The notes below the pieces were generated by a model. It had not been told where the DNA came from. It searched no databases and saw nothing but the letters and a program-made list of their open reading frames with translations. The position numbers were made by a program, and so were the translations under genes. Positions 52,144-64,000 of a stretch of 64,000 bases of DNA are shown one piece after another. The stretch comes from an uncultured Actinomycetota bacterium (GTDB taxonomy: Bacteria; Actinomycetota; Actinomycetes; Mycobacteriales; Pseudonocardiaceae), in the NCBI GenBank assembly GCA_963766045.1, contig CAVXYN010000001.1, positions 3,004 through 67,003 on the forward strand. Direction: 5' to 3'. How positions within the stretch are numbered: position 1 is the stretch's first letter; every line of letters begins with the position of its first letter.

Positions 52144-52182
52144 GTGGTGGTGACGGTTCTAACCATCACCACCACTCACGAG
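52137..52182. repeat. Family-B palindrome copy C
   Basis: CTCGTGAGTGGTGGTGACGGTT-CT-AACCATCACCACCACTCACGAG has 1 mismatch. The stop TGA 52141-52143 lies inside the left arm. The copy sits between convergent genes. Confidence 0.9.
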
Positions 52183-52192
52183 CCCGCGCGCC

Positions 52193-55048
<2,856 letters not shown>

Positions 55049-55124
55049 GCCAGGTCCCTTCAAAGTTCATTCTCAGCTGCGGTCGCCGGCCCGGTCGAGA
55101 GCTGCACGGGCGGCCGCTTCCATG

Positions 55125-56408
55125 CTACGAGGCACCACCGACAGAAACCGGTTCCGAGTCCTTGACCTGCGCTTCTTCGGGCTTTTCGCGACGGTCCCGG
55201 CGGGCGGTGAGCCGGCGATGGATCGGCCGTTCCACTCCCGCGGTGATCGCCCAGCCCCCCAGTACGGCGGCGGCCATGACGGCGGGAAGCCGCAGCCAGC
55301 CGGGGACGCCGATGTTCAGCAGGGCACGGGCCAGGATGTAACCGAGTTCCTGGTGCACCAGATAAAGACCATACGAGATGCCCGCGAGCCAGGTGACAGC
55401 CGGGGCGATCCGGGACAGTCCGGGGAAGCGCCAGTCCGGCCCCTTCGCGGCGAGGCAGACCAGCAGCAGCATGATCGCGAAACCGATGGCCGACGGCCAG
55501 CGCTCCGGATCGATGGGCAGGGCCTGGTGGAACGGGAAGACCTGCAGGTCCTGCGCGGCGCAGGCGGCGAGCACGAACAGCGCGACGTGCCAATGCGCCA
55601 GCCGCCCCTTCGACCACAGCCAGATCGCGATGCCGATGGCGAAGACGTGCACACGATGCAGGCCCAGCCCGTAGAAGAAGGTCTCGACGAGTTTGGGCGT
55701 GGTCACCGGATCGAACACCACGAACCGGATCGCCAGCGGCACCAGGATCAGCACCCAGAGCAGTCCGACCGTGAGCCGGTGGGTGCGCCACCGGCGTGGC
55801 CACAGCACCGCGGCGGCGATGAAGGCCATCAGCTGCACCGGCAGCGTCCAGTACGCGCCGTCCAAGTAGTAGAAGAGCTCGTAGCGCCAGCCCCACTCCT
55901 GGACCATGCCGAGGTTGGCGACCAGGTCGAGTCCGGTCGGGACGTACCACGGCGACGGGTCGGTCGGCAGTCCGTCCGGCACGCCGAACAGGAACCCGGT
56001 GATCCCGTGCGGGAACGGCAGCCCGCTGAACTCGATCGCCGCGTACCGGCCGACGACGTAGGTGACGATCACGACGACCAGGTAGGCGGGCACGAGCCGC
56101 GCGATCCGGCTCCACAGCCACTGGCCAGGCTTCCCCTTGCGCAGGCTCGCGCATACGAAGAAGGCGGAGATCACCAGCAGGATGGCCGCACCGAACTGGG
56201 CGGTGACCCGGAAGGGGTAACCCACGAGTTCCGGATGCAATAGTGCGCCCTGATGTGTGACGTGACCGAGGATGACCGCGAGGACGGCGACGACCCGGAG
56301 AAGGTCCCAGCTGATCCGGCGCGCGGTGCGCGATCCGGTCTGCGGCGAAGGGTCGGGCACGGGTGTCCTGTGGCTCGGCTGGCGGGGCGAAATGAGCCTA
56401 CGGGTCAC
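55125..56408 (-). CDS. acyltransferase-3 family membrane protein
   Basis: 427 aa with about 10 TM segments. The N-terminal WDLLRVVAVLAVILGH motif is typical of the OafA/acyltransferase_3 family. Confidence 0.8.
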   Translation of the reverse strand: MTRRLISPRQPSHRTPVPDPSPQTGSRTARRISWDLLRVVAVLAVILGHVTHQGALLHPELVGYPFRVTAQFGAAILLVISAFFVCASLRKGKPGQWLWSRIARLVPAYLVVVIVTYVVGRYAAIEFSGLPFPHGITGFLFGVPDGLPTDPSPWYVPTGLDLVANLGMVQEWGWRYELFYYLDGAYWTLPVQLMAFIAAAVLWPRRWRTHRLTVGLLWVLILVPLAIRFVVFDPVTTPKLVETFFYGLGLHRVHVFAIGIAIWLWSKGRLAHWHVALFVLAACAAQDLQVFPFHQALPIDPERWPSAIGFAIMLLLVCLAAKGPDWRFPGLSRIAPAVTWLAGISYGLYLVHQELGYILARALLNIGVPGWLRLPAVMAAAVLGGWAITAGVERPIHRRLTARRDRREKPEEAQVKDSEPVSVGGAS

Positions 56409-56458
56409 TGCTGTGCGCCGCCTGTGCGGGTGGAACCGGTTGCAGGCGAACGACTACC

Positions 56459-57145
56459 GTGTGCGCTGTGAACATCGTCGAGACCTACACCGGGCATGTC
56501 GAGCCTGGCGGCGACGCCGCCCGCCGCACCCTGGACGCGCTCACCATCACGAAACTGTCGGTCGGCCCGATGGACAACAACGCGTATCTGCTCGTGTGCC
56601 GCGCCGAGAACGAAGCCCTGCTGATCGACGCCGCGAACGATCCCGAGCGGATCTCCGACCTCATCGGCCACGGCCCCGACCGGCCGGCACTGCGGACCGT
56701 CGTGACCACCCACCAGCACCAAGACCACTGGCAGGCCCTCGGCGCCGTCGCCGGCGCGAACGGCTCCAACACCGCCGCGCACCCGCTCGACGCCGAACCC
56801 TTGCCGATCCCGCCGGACTTCCTGCTCGAGCACGGCGACACCGTCAAGGTCGGGCAGGTCACGCTCGAGGTGATCCACCTGCGCGGCCACACCCCCGGCT
56901 CGATCGCCCTCCTCTACCGCGACCCGGCCGGGCACCCGCACCTGTTCACCGGCGACTCCCTGTTCCCCGGCGGCGTCGGGAAGACGAACTCACCGGAGGA
57001 CTTTTCTTCGTTGATCGACGATGTCTCGTCGCGGATCTTCGGAGAACTGCCGGACGAGACGTGGTTCTACCCGGGACACGGGGATGACTCGACGCTTGGG
57101 GAGCAGCGTTCCCATGTGGCGGAGTGGCGCGAACGCGGCTGGTGA
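56459..57145 (+). CDS. MBL-fold metallo-hydrolase (glyoxalase-II-like)
   Basis: It carries the THQHQDH metal motif and sits next to uvrA, as in mycobacteria. The start is GTG 56459 or 56468. Confidence 0.85.
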   Translation: MCAVNIVETYTGHVEPGGDAARRTLDALTITKLSVGPMDNNAYLLVCRAENEALLIDAANDPERISDLIGHGPDRPALRTVVTTHQHQDHWQALGAVAGANGSNTAAHPLDAEPLPIPPDFLLEHGDTVKVGQVTLEVIHLRGHTPGSIALLYRDPAGHPHLFTGDSLFPGGVGKTNSPEDFSSLIDDVSSRIFGELPDETWFYPGHGDDSTLGEQRSHVAEWRERGW

Positions 57146-57158
57146 ATTTCACCTGTTC

Positions 57159-57198
57159 CGGGCTGCCTGTGATTTTGCAGGCAGCCCGTTTGCTTTTT
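57159..57198 (+). terminator. canonical intrinsic terminator after the MBL gene
   Basis: CGGGCTGCCTG-TGATTTTG-CAGGCAGCCCG is followed by TTTGCTTTTT. Confidence 0.8.
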
Positions 57199-57332
57199 AA
57201 GCGCCCTCCGCTCAGCAACTTCGCCTGACTGGCCCAATATCGAGCCGCGCCGTAACGGGCAGCTCGAGAACACCGACCGTCCTAGAACGAAGCGGCGCTG
57301 AGCTTGCCCGCTGACGACAGGAGCGCGGCGGC

Positions 57333-57860
57333 ATGGGAATTTTCGGGACCAACGAGGAAACCGCATTCATCGAACCTGAGGACGTGGCGGTCAGTCCCGA
57401 CATCGCGGCCCGGCTGCCTGACGTCGGAGCGTTCCTACTGAATGCGATCACCTTCGTAGATGACAGTTCCCTCCGCGCAGTCGAAGCGGCGATCACCGGA
57501 CTACGGCACTCCAACGGTGCCATTCCGGGCGGTCGTCTGCACGAAATCGGGATCAGGAACTGGAAGCTGGGACCCATCACCCACCTGACCTGGTTGACCG
57601 CAAAGGACAGCATCGCCATCGAGGTATGGGCTTCATTCGGCCTCGGCCGCCGGGATGGCAGGCGGATCGGCACGACCGTGCAACAGGTCTACCTCACGCA
57701 GGGCATTCCGGCAGCGGCCGCTTGGGCGATCCAATCCCGCCCGACCGCCCGGTTGGACATCGACTTTCTCGCCGAGCAGCTGACGGGCAGTTGGTCGGAC
57801 CAGCTCGGCCAGATCCGCAACGGCGACATCATCAAGTCCTTCAAGAAATGGGCCAACTAA
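57333..57860 (+). CDS. hypothetical protein (175 aa), no family recognised
   Basis: AGGAG lies 9 nt upstream of the ATG. The ORF has no TM segment or signal peptide. By my hand count about one codon in five ends in A/T, which is more than in the flanking core genes. Confidence 0.65.
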   Translation: MGIFGTNEETAFIEPEDVAVSPDIAARLPDVGAFLLNAITFVDDSSLRAVEAAITGLRHSNGAIPGGRLHEIGIRNWKLGPITHLTWLTAKDSIAIEVWASFGLGRRDGRRIGTTVQQVYLTQGIPAAAAWAIQSRPTARLDIDFLAEQLTGSWSDQLGQIRNGDIIKSFKKWAN

Positions 57861-57874
57861 TCAAGGAGTGACTC

Positions 57875-58027
57875 ATGTCCGATTGCCGCAAATGCCACAG
57901 GCCGCTGCACGACTGCACCGCGTGCAATGGCGGGCGGGCTCGCAGCCTGCTGGGCGACAAATTGACGTGCAAGAAGTGCGCATCCACAGGCCTGGTGTGC
58001 AACGAACACGGCGGCCACTGGAAATAG
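57875..58027 (+). CDS. small Cys/His-rich zinc-ribbon-like protein (50 aa)
   Basis: Not in the ORF track because it is under 60 aa. AAGGAG lies 6 nt upstream of ATG 57875. The protein is MSDCRKCHRPLHDCTACNGGRARSLLGDKLTCKKCASTGLVCNEHGGHWK, with the spacing CxxC-x6-CxxC-x14-CxxC-x6-CxxHxxH. Confidence 0.6.
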   Translation: MSDCRKCHRPLHDCTACNGGRARSLLGDKLTCKKCASTGLVCNEHGGHWK

Positions 58028-58320
58028 ATCCGCCACTCGGTGGCTAGTACTTTCCTATGCGTTTCTCTCCGATCTTCTGATGCCTGGTTCTCGCCTGGCG
58101 GCCAGTCTGGATCCACCGCTCACGCACCGGTGAGCAGGTTCCAGATACCAAGGAGAACTCGCCGCGCAACCCAACCGGGGCTTGGATCGCCGGCGCGCTG
58201 ATCATCTCGGCCTCACCACCGTGCGTGACGTGCTCGCCCAGCCGGAGGCGCCGGGCTCGTCGAGACGCGAGCGGCGCAGGTGGCCAGGACAACGCGATCG
58301 TGGTCGAGCCGGCTCATCCC

Positions 58321-58680
58321 TCAGCCCCACGGCAGCGTCCTGACATGCACTCCGGCCCCGTCCAGATGACCGTTCATAGTTCGACCATCTGACCACTTCT
58401 CCACCGTCCAAATAACCACCGGCAGAGCGTCCAGATGACCGTTGATCTTGCCGATCAGGCATACATCTCCTTCCGTGAACACGCGAGCCGGCTTACCGCC
58501 GAGCTCGACGGTGAGTTCGCCGCCAAAGATCTCGAATCGTTCCCGCTGCGACGGGTGCCAGTGCATCGGGGGTGGTTTCGCGGACGGCTCCCAGGTGGAG
58601 GTCAGCTCGAGGACATCCGGTGTCGAGCGACGCACCCGCAGGGTCTGTGAATCACCAAGCTCGATGACGTCGCCTGACAT
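58321..58680 (-). CDS. cupin-domain protein
   Basis: MSGDVIELGD... starts at ATG 58680 inside ORF 58321..58944. PPMHWHPSQRERFEIFGGEL is a cupin motif-1 context. Confidence 0.7.
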   Translation of the reverse strand: MSGDVIELGDSQTLRVRRSTPDVLELTSTWEPSAKPPPMHWHPSQRERFEIFGGELTVELGGKPARVFTEGDVCLIGKINGHLDALPVVIWTVEKWSDGRTMNGHLDGAGVHVRTLPWG

Positions 58681-58723
58681 GTCACTCGTCTCCCTCGCAT
58701 AGCGAAAGCCGACGCCCGGACCG

Positions 58724-59092
58724 TCAGGCAGAGGGTGCGTCCTGGAGGGCACGTACCTCGACCCTGCTTCGCAGCGCACGCGAGGCCTGCTTGGTCCATT
58801 CGATCGCGACGTCGTCGTTCTCGGCCTCGATGATCCAGAAGCCGCCGAGGTACTCCTTCGCCTCGACGAACGGACCTGGTGTGAGGACGGGGCTGTCACC
58901 GGAGTAGTCCACCGTGGTCGCGCTCGACGGCGGGTGCAGACCACCGGCGGTCACGAACGCGCCCGCCTCCTGAACGGCGGTGTTGAACGCACCGACCGCG
59001 GCCATCAGCTCCTGGAGCTCCGCGGGGTCCATGCCCTCCATCGTCGGCTCCTCGGCGGCGTCGTGGGGAAGGCTCAGAAAGTACTTCGTCAT
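58724..59092 (-). CDS. YciI/DGPF-family protein
   Basis: MTKYFLSLPHD... starts at ATG 59092, which follows GAGGAGACG. GPFVEAKEYLGGFWIIEAENDDVAIEW is typical of YCII-related proteins. Confidence 0.75.
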   Translation of the reverse strand: MTKYFLSLPHDAAEEPTMEGMDPAELQELMAAVGAFNTAVQEAGAFVTAGGLHPPSSATTVDYSGDSPVLTPGPFVEAKEYLGGFWIIEAENDDVAIEWTKQASRALRSRVEVRALQDAPSA

Positions 59093-59205
59093 TGTCGTCT
59101 CCTCGTCGTTGGCGTTGCTCTGTCCGGACGAGGGAAACGCTAGGCGGAGGCTCCCCACTGACGAATCGGTCATCGTGACCGGTGTCGGGGAACCGATGAC
59201 TGGCG

Positions 59206-61933
59206 CTAGACGAGGTCGGCCAGCTCGGCGCGACCGGTGACGCCGAGTTTCGGATACGCCTTGTAGAGGTGGTGGCCGACGGTCCGTGGGCTGAGGAAGA
59301 GCTGCGCGGCGATCTCCTTGTTGGTGTGACCGGTGGCGGCCAGCCGTACGACCTGCAGCTCTTGCGGGGTCAACAGGGTGAGCGGGCCGCTGTCCCGGGG
59401 CTCATCGCCCTTCTCGCCGAAGGCGGCCAGCTCACCGCGCGCACGCTCGGCCCAGAGCTGGGCGCCGAGGAGCTCGAATGCGGACACCGCCGCCGCAAGA
59501 TGGGCGCGGGCCTCGGTACGGCGGCGCCGACGGCGCAGCCACTCGCCGTAGACCAGCTGGGTACGGGCACGCTCATAAGGGCCGCCGTGCCGCTCGTGGA
59601 GCCGCAGCGCCTCGGCGTACAGCGCGTCGGCGTCGCCGTCATCGGCCAGCAACGCCTGGCAGCGCAGTACGAGCCCGGTGGCGACCGGGCGGTCGACGTG
59701 CTCGGCCCAGTGCCGGAAGGCTGCCAGCGGTCCGTGTGCGCGATCCGGCTTGCCGCTGCGCACAGCAGCCTCCACCAGATCCGGCACCGCCCGGACCAGG
59801 AGGTCGCGGCTTGCAGGTCCCCGGGACACACTCTCGAGCCGGTCGAACGCTTCCCCGAACCGCCGGGCGGACAGATCGAGCATGCCGAGACCCCAGTCCG
59901 CGATCTCGGCATTGACCTGGTGCCGGGTTCGGGCTCGCGGGAGCACCTCCTCGGCAAGAGCCCGGCAGCGTGGCTCGTCACCCGACACGGCGTGTAACCA
60001 CACCTGGACCGACCGGTGTGCCAGGTGCTCGGTCGTGTTCCCGAGTTCGGCGCTCACGGATGCGCCTTCCGCCACACACGCGCGGGCGTCCGCGAACTCG
60101 CCGCGGAACAGCCGCGCCACGGCGAGCACGTTCAGGGCTGTACGGGACCCACCCCAACGCCCCGGTCGCCCGCACGTCGGCCAGCATTTCCTCGGTGCCG
60201 GCGATGACGCCGTCGTCGTCCGCGATCATGAGCCCGCCGAACCCGGCCGTGATGCGATGCATCAGGTCGTTCCCGCCGCTGCGTGTGGCGGTGTAGAGAT
60301 CACGCATCGGGCCGACGGCCAGCTCCGGCCGTCCGGCGAAGAGCTCCGCCCACCCGAGAAGGGCGGCGACAACCGGTGCCCAGTGCACCGGCGGGGTGAA
60401 CCCACGCATCAGATCCGCCGCACGCTGGAGCAGGTCATGCGCCGCTCCGTGCCGGGCGGCGTGCACGGCCTCGAAGAACGTGAGCGCGGCACGCTCCGGA
60501 TCGATGTCGCGCACCAACGCGGCGGCCTCGATCGTCAGCTCCGCATCGGCCCGCGGCGAGGTGCGTTCGTACTCCACGGCGCCACGCGTATAGATGGCGT
60601 CGGCCCGGATGCCGGGGTCTCTGGTGAGCGAGAGCGCTTCGGCCGCCAGCCGGGCGGCGCGGTCGGCCTTGCCGGCATCGAACGCGGCCTGGCTGGCTCG
60701 GGCGATGCGCCGCGCCTTCAGCTCCCGGTCTGCGCTGAGACGAGCGGCGCGGTCGTAGGCAGCGGACACCGCCATCGCGCCGCCTCGGTGCCAGGCCCGC
60801 TCCGCCGCGCCTTCGAGTTCGGCGGCCACTGCCTCGTCAGGGGTGATGGTGGCAGCAGCGAGGTGCCAAGCCCGGCGGTCCGCGTCGGGCTGGGCACCCA
60901 GCGCGACGGCGTACGCGCGATGTACCTCGATCCGCCGGTGCAGCGGCGCGTCCTGATAGGCGGCTGCCCGTACCAGAGGGTGGCGGAACGTGATCCGGTT
61001 GTCGATCCGGAGCAACCGGTCGCGTTCGGCGGGCGCCAGGTCGCCGGGGGCGCCACCGAGGGCTTCGATCACCTGCAGGATCGTTGCGAGCGGCGCCGCC
61101 GTGTCAGCCGCCGCCACCAGAAGCGCGCGTTGGGTGGGATCGGGAAGCTCGACGATCTGGCGGCGGAACGTCTCCTGCACGCGGCGGGTCACCGGCAGCG
61201 GGCCGACGTGCTCGGCCGGGTCGGACTCGTCGCCATCCCGAGCCGCGAGTCGCGACGCCCCGAGCTCGATGATCGCCAGCGGGTTGCCGCCGGACTCCGC
61301 GAGGACCCGGGTCCGCACCGGTTCGATGAGTTCCGGTGCGTGGCCGTCGAGCAGTCGGGCGGCATCGGGCGCGGTGAGGCCGGACAGATCCACGACCTCG
61401 ACGCCTGCGATTTCGAACGGCACCGACGTCTCGCGCACCGCGAACAGCATCGCGATCGGGTCGGCCACGAAGCGGCGGGCCGCGAACAACAGCGCCTCCA
61501 CGGAACCCTGGTCGAGCCATTGCAGGTCATCGACCACGCACAGCAGAGGGGCATCCTCGGCCAGATCGGCGAGCAACGACAGGGTGCCGGCGGAGATCAG
61601 GAACCGATTCGATTCGTCTCCCTCGGCCAGGCCGAAAGCGCACCGCAGTGCCATGGCCTGGGGAGTGGGCAGGGCCGCCAACCGATCCAGATGTGGGAAC
61701 AGGAGTTGGTGCAGACCGCCGTACGCCAGCTCGGAGTCGGACTCGACCCCTGACCCGCGGACCACCTGCATGCAGCCCTCGGCTTCGGCGATCGACACAG
61801 CGTGGTCGAGAAGGACCGATTTCCCGATGCCCGCCGCGCCCCGCAGCGCCAGCACCCCGCTGCGCGCGTCGCGCGCATTTGTCAGCAGGCGTTGAATCCG
61901 CGCCAGCTCGACGTCCCTTCCCACCAGCGACAT
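59206..61933 (-). pseudogene. LAL-type (large ATP-binding LuxR) regulator interrupted by a 1-nt frameshift
   Basis: ORF 59978..61933 carries VGRDVEL and the P-loop GAAGIGKS. ORF 59206..60129 carries helical repeats and the LuxR HTH (TPQELQVVRLAATGHTNKEIAAQLFLSPRTVGHHLYKAY). The two are in different frames and overlap. The span is 2728 nt, which is 3n+1. The junction lies at the GGG run 60135-60137. Confidence 0.7.
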
Positions 61934-61978
61934 GCGATCACCCTAGATGGGCGGCGCGAACCGGTGGATCAAGCAGAC

Positions 61979-63373
61979 CTAGCCGGTCTCCAGTGTCGTC
62001 CCCCGCCACGCCGCCGAAATCGCGGCAACGGAGCGGTCCACATCGGCCTCGGTCGTAAGCCAGCTGGACACCGAGATGCGCATCAGGCGCTCCCCGTGCC
62101 ACGTCGTCCCGCCCATCCAGCATTCGCCGGAACGCTGCACGGTTTCGATGACGCGCTCGGTCTCGACGTCATCGCCGAAACCGACGAGCACCTGGTTCAG
62201 CACGACGTCGTTCCGGACGGTGATCCCGTCGACCGCGCCGAGTTGCTCGGCGAAACGCCGGGCCAGCGCACAGCATCGGTCGACCAAGCCGGCGACGCCG
62301 GCACGGCCGAGCTGGCGCAGGGCCGCCCAGGTGGCGAAGCCCCTGGCCCGCCGGGACGACTCAGGCACGTAGTCGCCAGGGTGACGAAGGCCTTCGCCGC
62401 CTTGGCCGGTCAGGTAGGCGGCGGTGTAGGACATCGCGGCGGCGTGGGCTTCCCGGTGAGCGCAGAACGCGTAGCCGCTGTCGTAGGGGACGTTGAGCCA
62501 CTTGTGGCCGTCGGTCGCCCATGAATCGGCGTCGGCGACTCCGGTGGTGAGGTGCCGGGTAGCCGGACTCGCTGCCGCCCAGAGCCCGAAAGCACCGTCC
62601 ACATGGACCCAGCCGGCGTGCTCGTGAGCGATCGCCGTAGCGGCCGCGAGGTCGTCGAAGACACCGCTGTTCACATTTCCGGCCTGCAGGCAGACGATCA
62701 GCGGTCCGGTCCCCGCCGCCAGCACCTGCGACAGGGCCTCCAGATCGACCGCCCCGTGGGCATCGGTCGACACGGGCCGGACCGCGTCGGCGCCCAGGCC
62801 GAGGAAACGCAGCGTCCGGTCGATCGTGGCGTGGCGTTCGGCGCTCGTCACCACGCGAATCGCGGGCGCGCCGTGCAGGCCGTGACGCTCGACGTCCCAG
62901 CCGGCCTCGGCCAGGACGTGGTGACGAGCGGCGGCGAGGCAGATCGTGTTCGCGCCTTGCCCTCCGGTCGCGAAACCGAAGGACGCTCTCGATGGCAGGC
63001 CGAGGATGTCCTTGAGCCAGGCGCCGGCCACCTCCTCGACTACCGCGGCGGCAGGCGAGGTCACCGCGTTGAACGCGTTCTGATCCCAGCCGGCGGTGAG
63101 GACGTCCGCCGCGGTGGCCGCGTCGAGCGCACCGCCGATCACGAACCCGAAGTACCGAGGACCGGCGGTCGCGACCAGCGCGGGCTCGACGGCATCGGCC
63201 AGCTGCTCGATCACCTCCGCCGCCGGGGCCGGGCCATCGGGCAGCGAACCCAAGGCCGCGCGGACGGCGTCGATGTCCGCGTCATGCGGGAAAACCGGCA
63301 ACTCGGCCACACGACGGCGATAGTCGGCGGCACGAGCCGCGGCGATGGCCAGCAGATCACGAAGATCACTCAC
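61979..63373 (-). CDS. group-II pyridoxal-dependent decarboxylase family protein
   Basis: SWATDGHKWLNVPYDSGY is the PLP-lysine context and the fold is aminotransferase-like. The start is GTG 63373 or ATG 63427, both inside ORF 61979..63487. Confidence 0.8.
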   Translation of the reverse strand: MSDLRDLLAIAAARAADYRRRVAELPVFPHDADIDAVRAALGSLPDGPAPAAEVIEQLADAVEPALVATAGPRYFGFVIGGALDAATAADVLTAGWDQNAFNAVTSPAAAVVEEVAGAWLKDILGLPSRASFGFATGGQGANTICLAAARHHVLAEAGWDVERHGLHGAPAIRVVTSAERHATIDRTLRFLGLGADAVRPVSTDAHGAVDLEALSQVLAAGTGPLIVCLQAGNVNSGVFDDLAAATAIAHEHAGWVHVDGAFGLWAAASPATRHLTTGVADADSWATDGHKWLNVPYDSGYAFCAHREAHAAAMSYTAAYLTGQGGEGLRHPGDYVPESSRRARGFATWAALRQLGRAGVAGLVDRCCALARRFAEQLGAVDGITVRNDVVLNQVLVGFGDDVETERVIETVQRSGECWMGGTTWHGERLMRISVSSWLTTEADVDRSVAAISAAWRGTTLETG

Positions 63374-63489
63374 CCCAGAAGTATTGCTCTCCCCACCGGA
63401 CCGCCGCACGTGTCGATTTCGGGCCATGCTGTTCGACGCGTCTCTGACCGCGCGGAAAGCGCGGCGGCACGGAGATACGGAGGTCATCC

Positions 63490-64000
63490 ATGGGCAAGGT
63501 CATTTTCGATACGAGCATGTCGCTGGACGGGTTCATGGCCGCGGCCGGCCGCACGGTGGAGGAGCCGCTGGGTGCGGGCGGGCAGCGGCTGCACGACTGG
63601 ACGGGTGACGAAAGCGGCGGCGAGTTGCTGGAAAAACTGCTCCCCGGGCTCGGCGCGGTGATCGCGGGACGGCGGACCTACGACTCCTCGCTGGGCTGGG
63701 GTGCCGATGGGCCTTCCGGATCCGCGCGACGGCCGGTGTTCGTGGTCACGCACGAGGCACCGGAATCGAGCCCCGAGAACGGGGTGTACACATTCGTCAC
63801 GGACGGGATCGAAGCCGCCCTTCGGCAGGCTCGAGAAACCGCCGGCGAGAACGACGTCGTCGTGATGGGCGGCGCGGACCTCGGGCAGCAGTATCTCGCG
63901 GCCGGGCTGATCGACGAGATCCAGATCCACCTCGTGCCGATCCTTTTCGGCGGGGGCATCCGGATGTTCGACCACCTGGGCGCCGAGCACATCGAACTCG
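63490..64000 (+). CDS. dihydrofolate-reductase-like (RibD C-terminal domain) protein, 3' end off window
   Basis: Not in the ORF track because it is open-ended. Hand translation from ATG 63490 gives MGKVIFDTSMSLDGFMAAAGRTVEEPLG...VIAGRRTYDS...RPVFVVTHEAPE...VVVMGGADLGQQYLAAGLIDEIQIHLVPILFGGGIRMFD. Confidence 0.75.
   Translation, partial: MGKVIFDTSMSLDGFMAAAGRTVEEPLGAGGQRLHDWTGDESGGELLEKLLPGLGAVIAGRRTYDSSLGWGADGPSGSARRPVFVVTHEAPESSPENGVYTFVTDGIEAALRQARETAGENDVVVMGGADLGQQYLAAGLIDEIQIHLVPILFGGGIRMFDHLGAEHIEL

Noticed and set aside
58044-58292. An 82-aa minus-strand ORF and a possible 53-aa plus-strand ORF (TTG start, ..DHLGLTTVRDVLAQ..) in the spacer after the zinc-ribbon gene.
   Set aside because: They have no convincing start or RBS, they overlap each other and the cupin gene end, and I recognise no family. 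They are more likely debris of a disrupted gene, so they are mentioned only under the islet finding.

Overview
This is a high-GC actinobacterial chromosome segment. Gene order and protein style suggest a Pseudonocardiaceae/Amycolatopsis-like organism, but that is inference only.

Conserved core blocks lie on the minus strand in the order I recall from Mycobacterium tuberculosis:
- tyrS-mpg
- argH and argR-F-D-B-J-C, with no argG
- pheT-pheS
- trmH-like/rplT/rpmI/infC
- uvrA plus an MBL hydrolase

Accessory blocks sit between them:
- a TetR-controlled SRPBCC/DUF4166 operon
- a WYL regulator, a secreted S33 peptidase, an AlkD-like repair protein and a 1058-aa P-loop/TPR STAND-type protein
- a GntR-acdS (ACC deaminase) pair
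- a ~12-kb locus (RidA, IclR, KDG kinase, PLP deaminase, D-aminoacylase, GntP, lactonase, ABC importer, GH20) that I read as a candidate oxidised-chitin (N-acetyl-glucosaminate) pathway
- three secreted enzymes
- a DcuS/DcuR-like two-component system with dctA
- HxlR/MFS
- an ECF sigma/anti-sigma operon
- a small lower-GC two-gene islet (175-aa unknown protein plus a 50-aa Cys/His zinc-ribbon-like protein)
- a frameshifted LAL/LuxR regulator
- a PLP decarboxylase and a DHFR-like gene

I recognised no rRNA, tRNA, CRISPR, transposase or integrase. The most unusual non-coding signal is two families of long, near-perfect intergenic palindromes. All functional calls come from reading motifs by eye; no database search was run.
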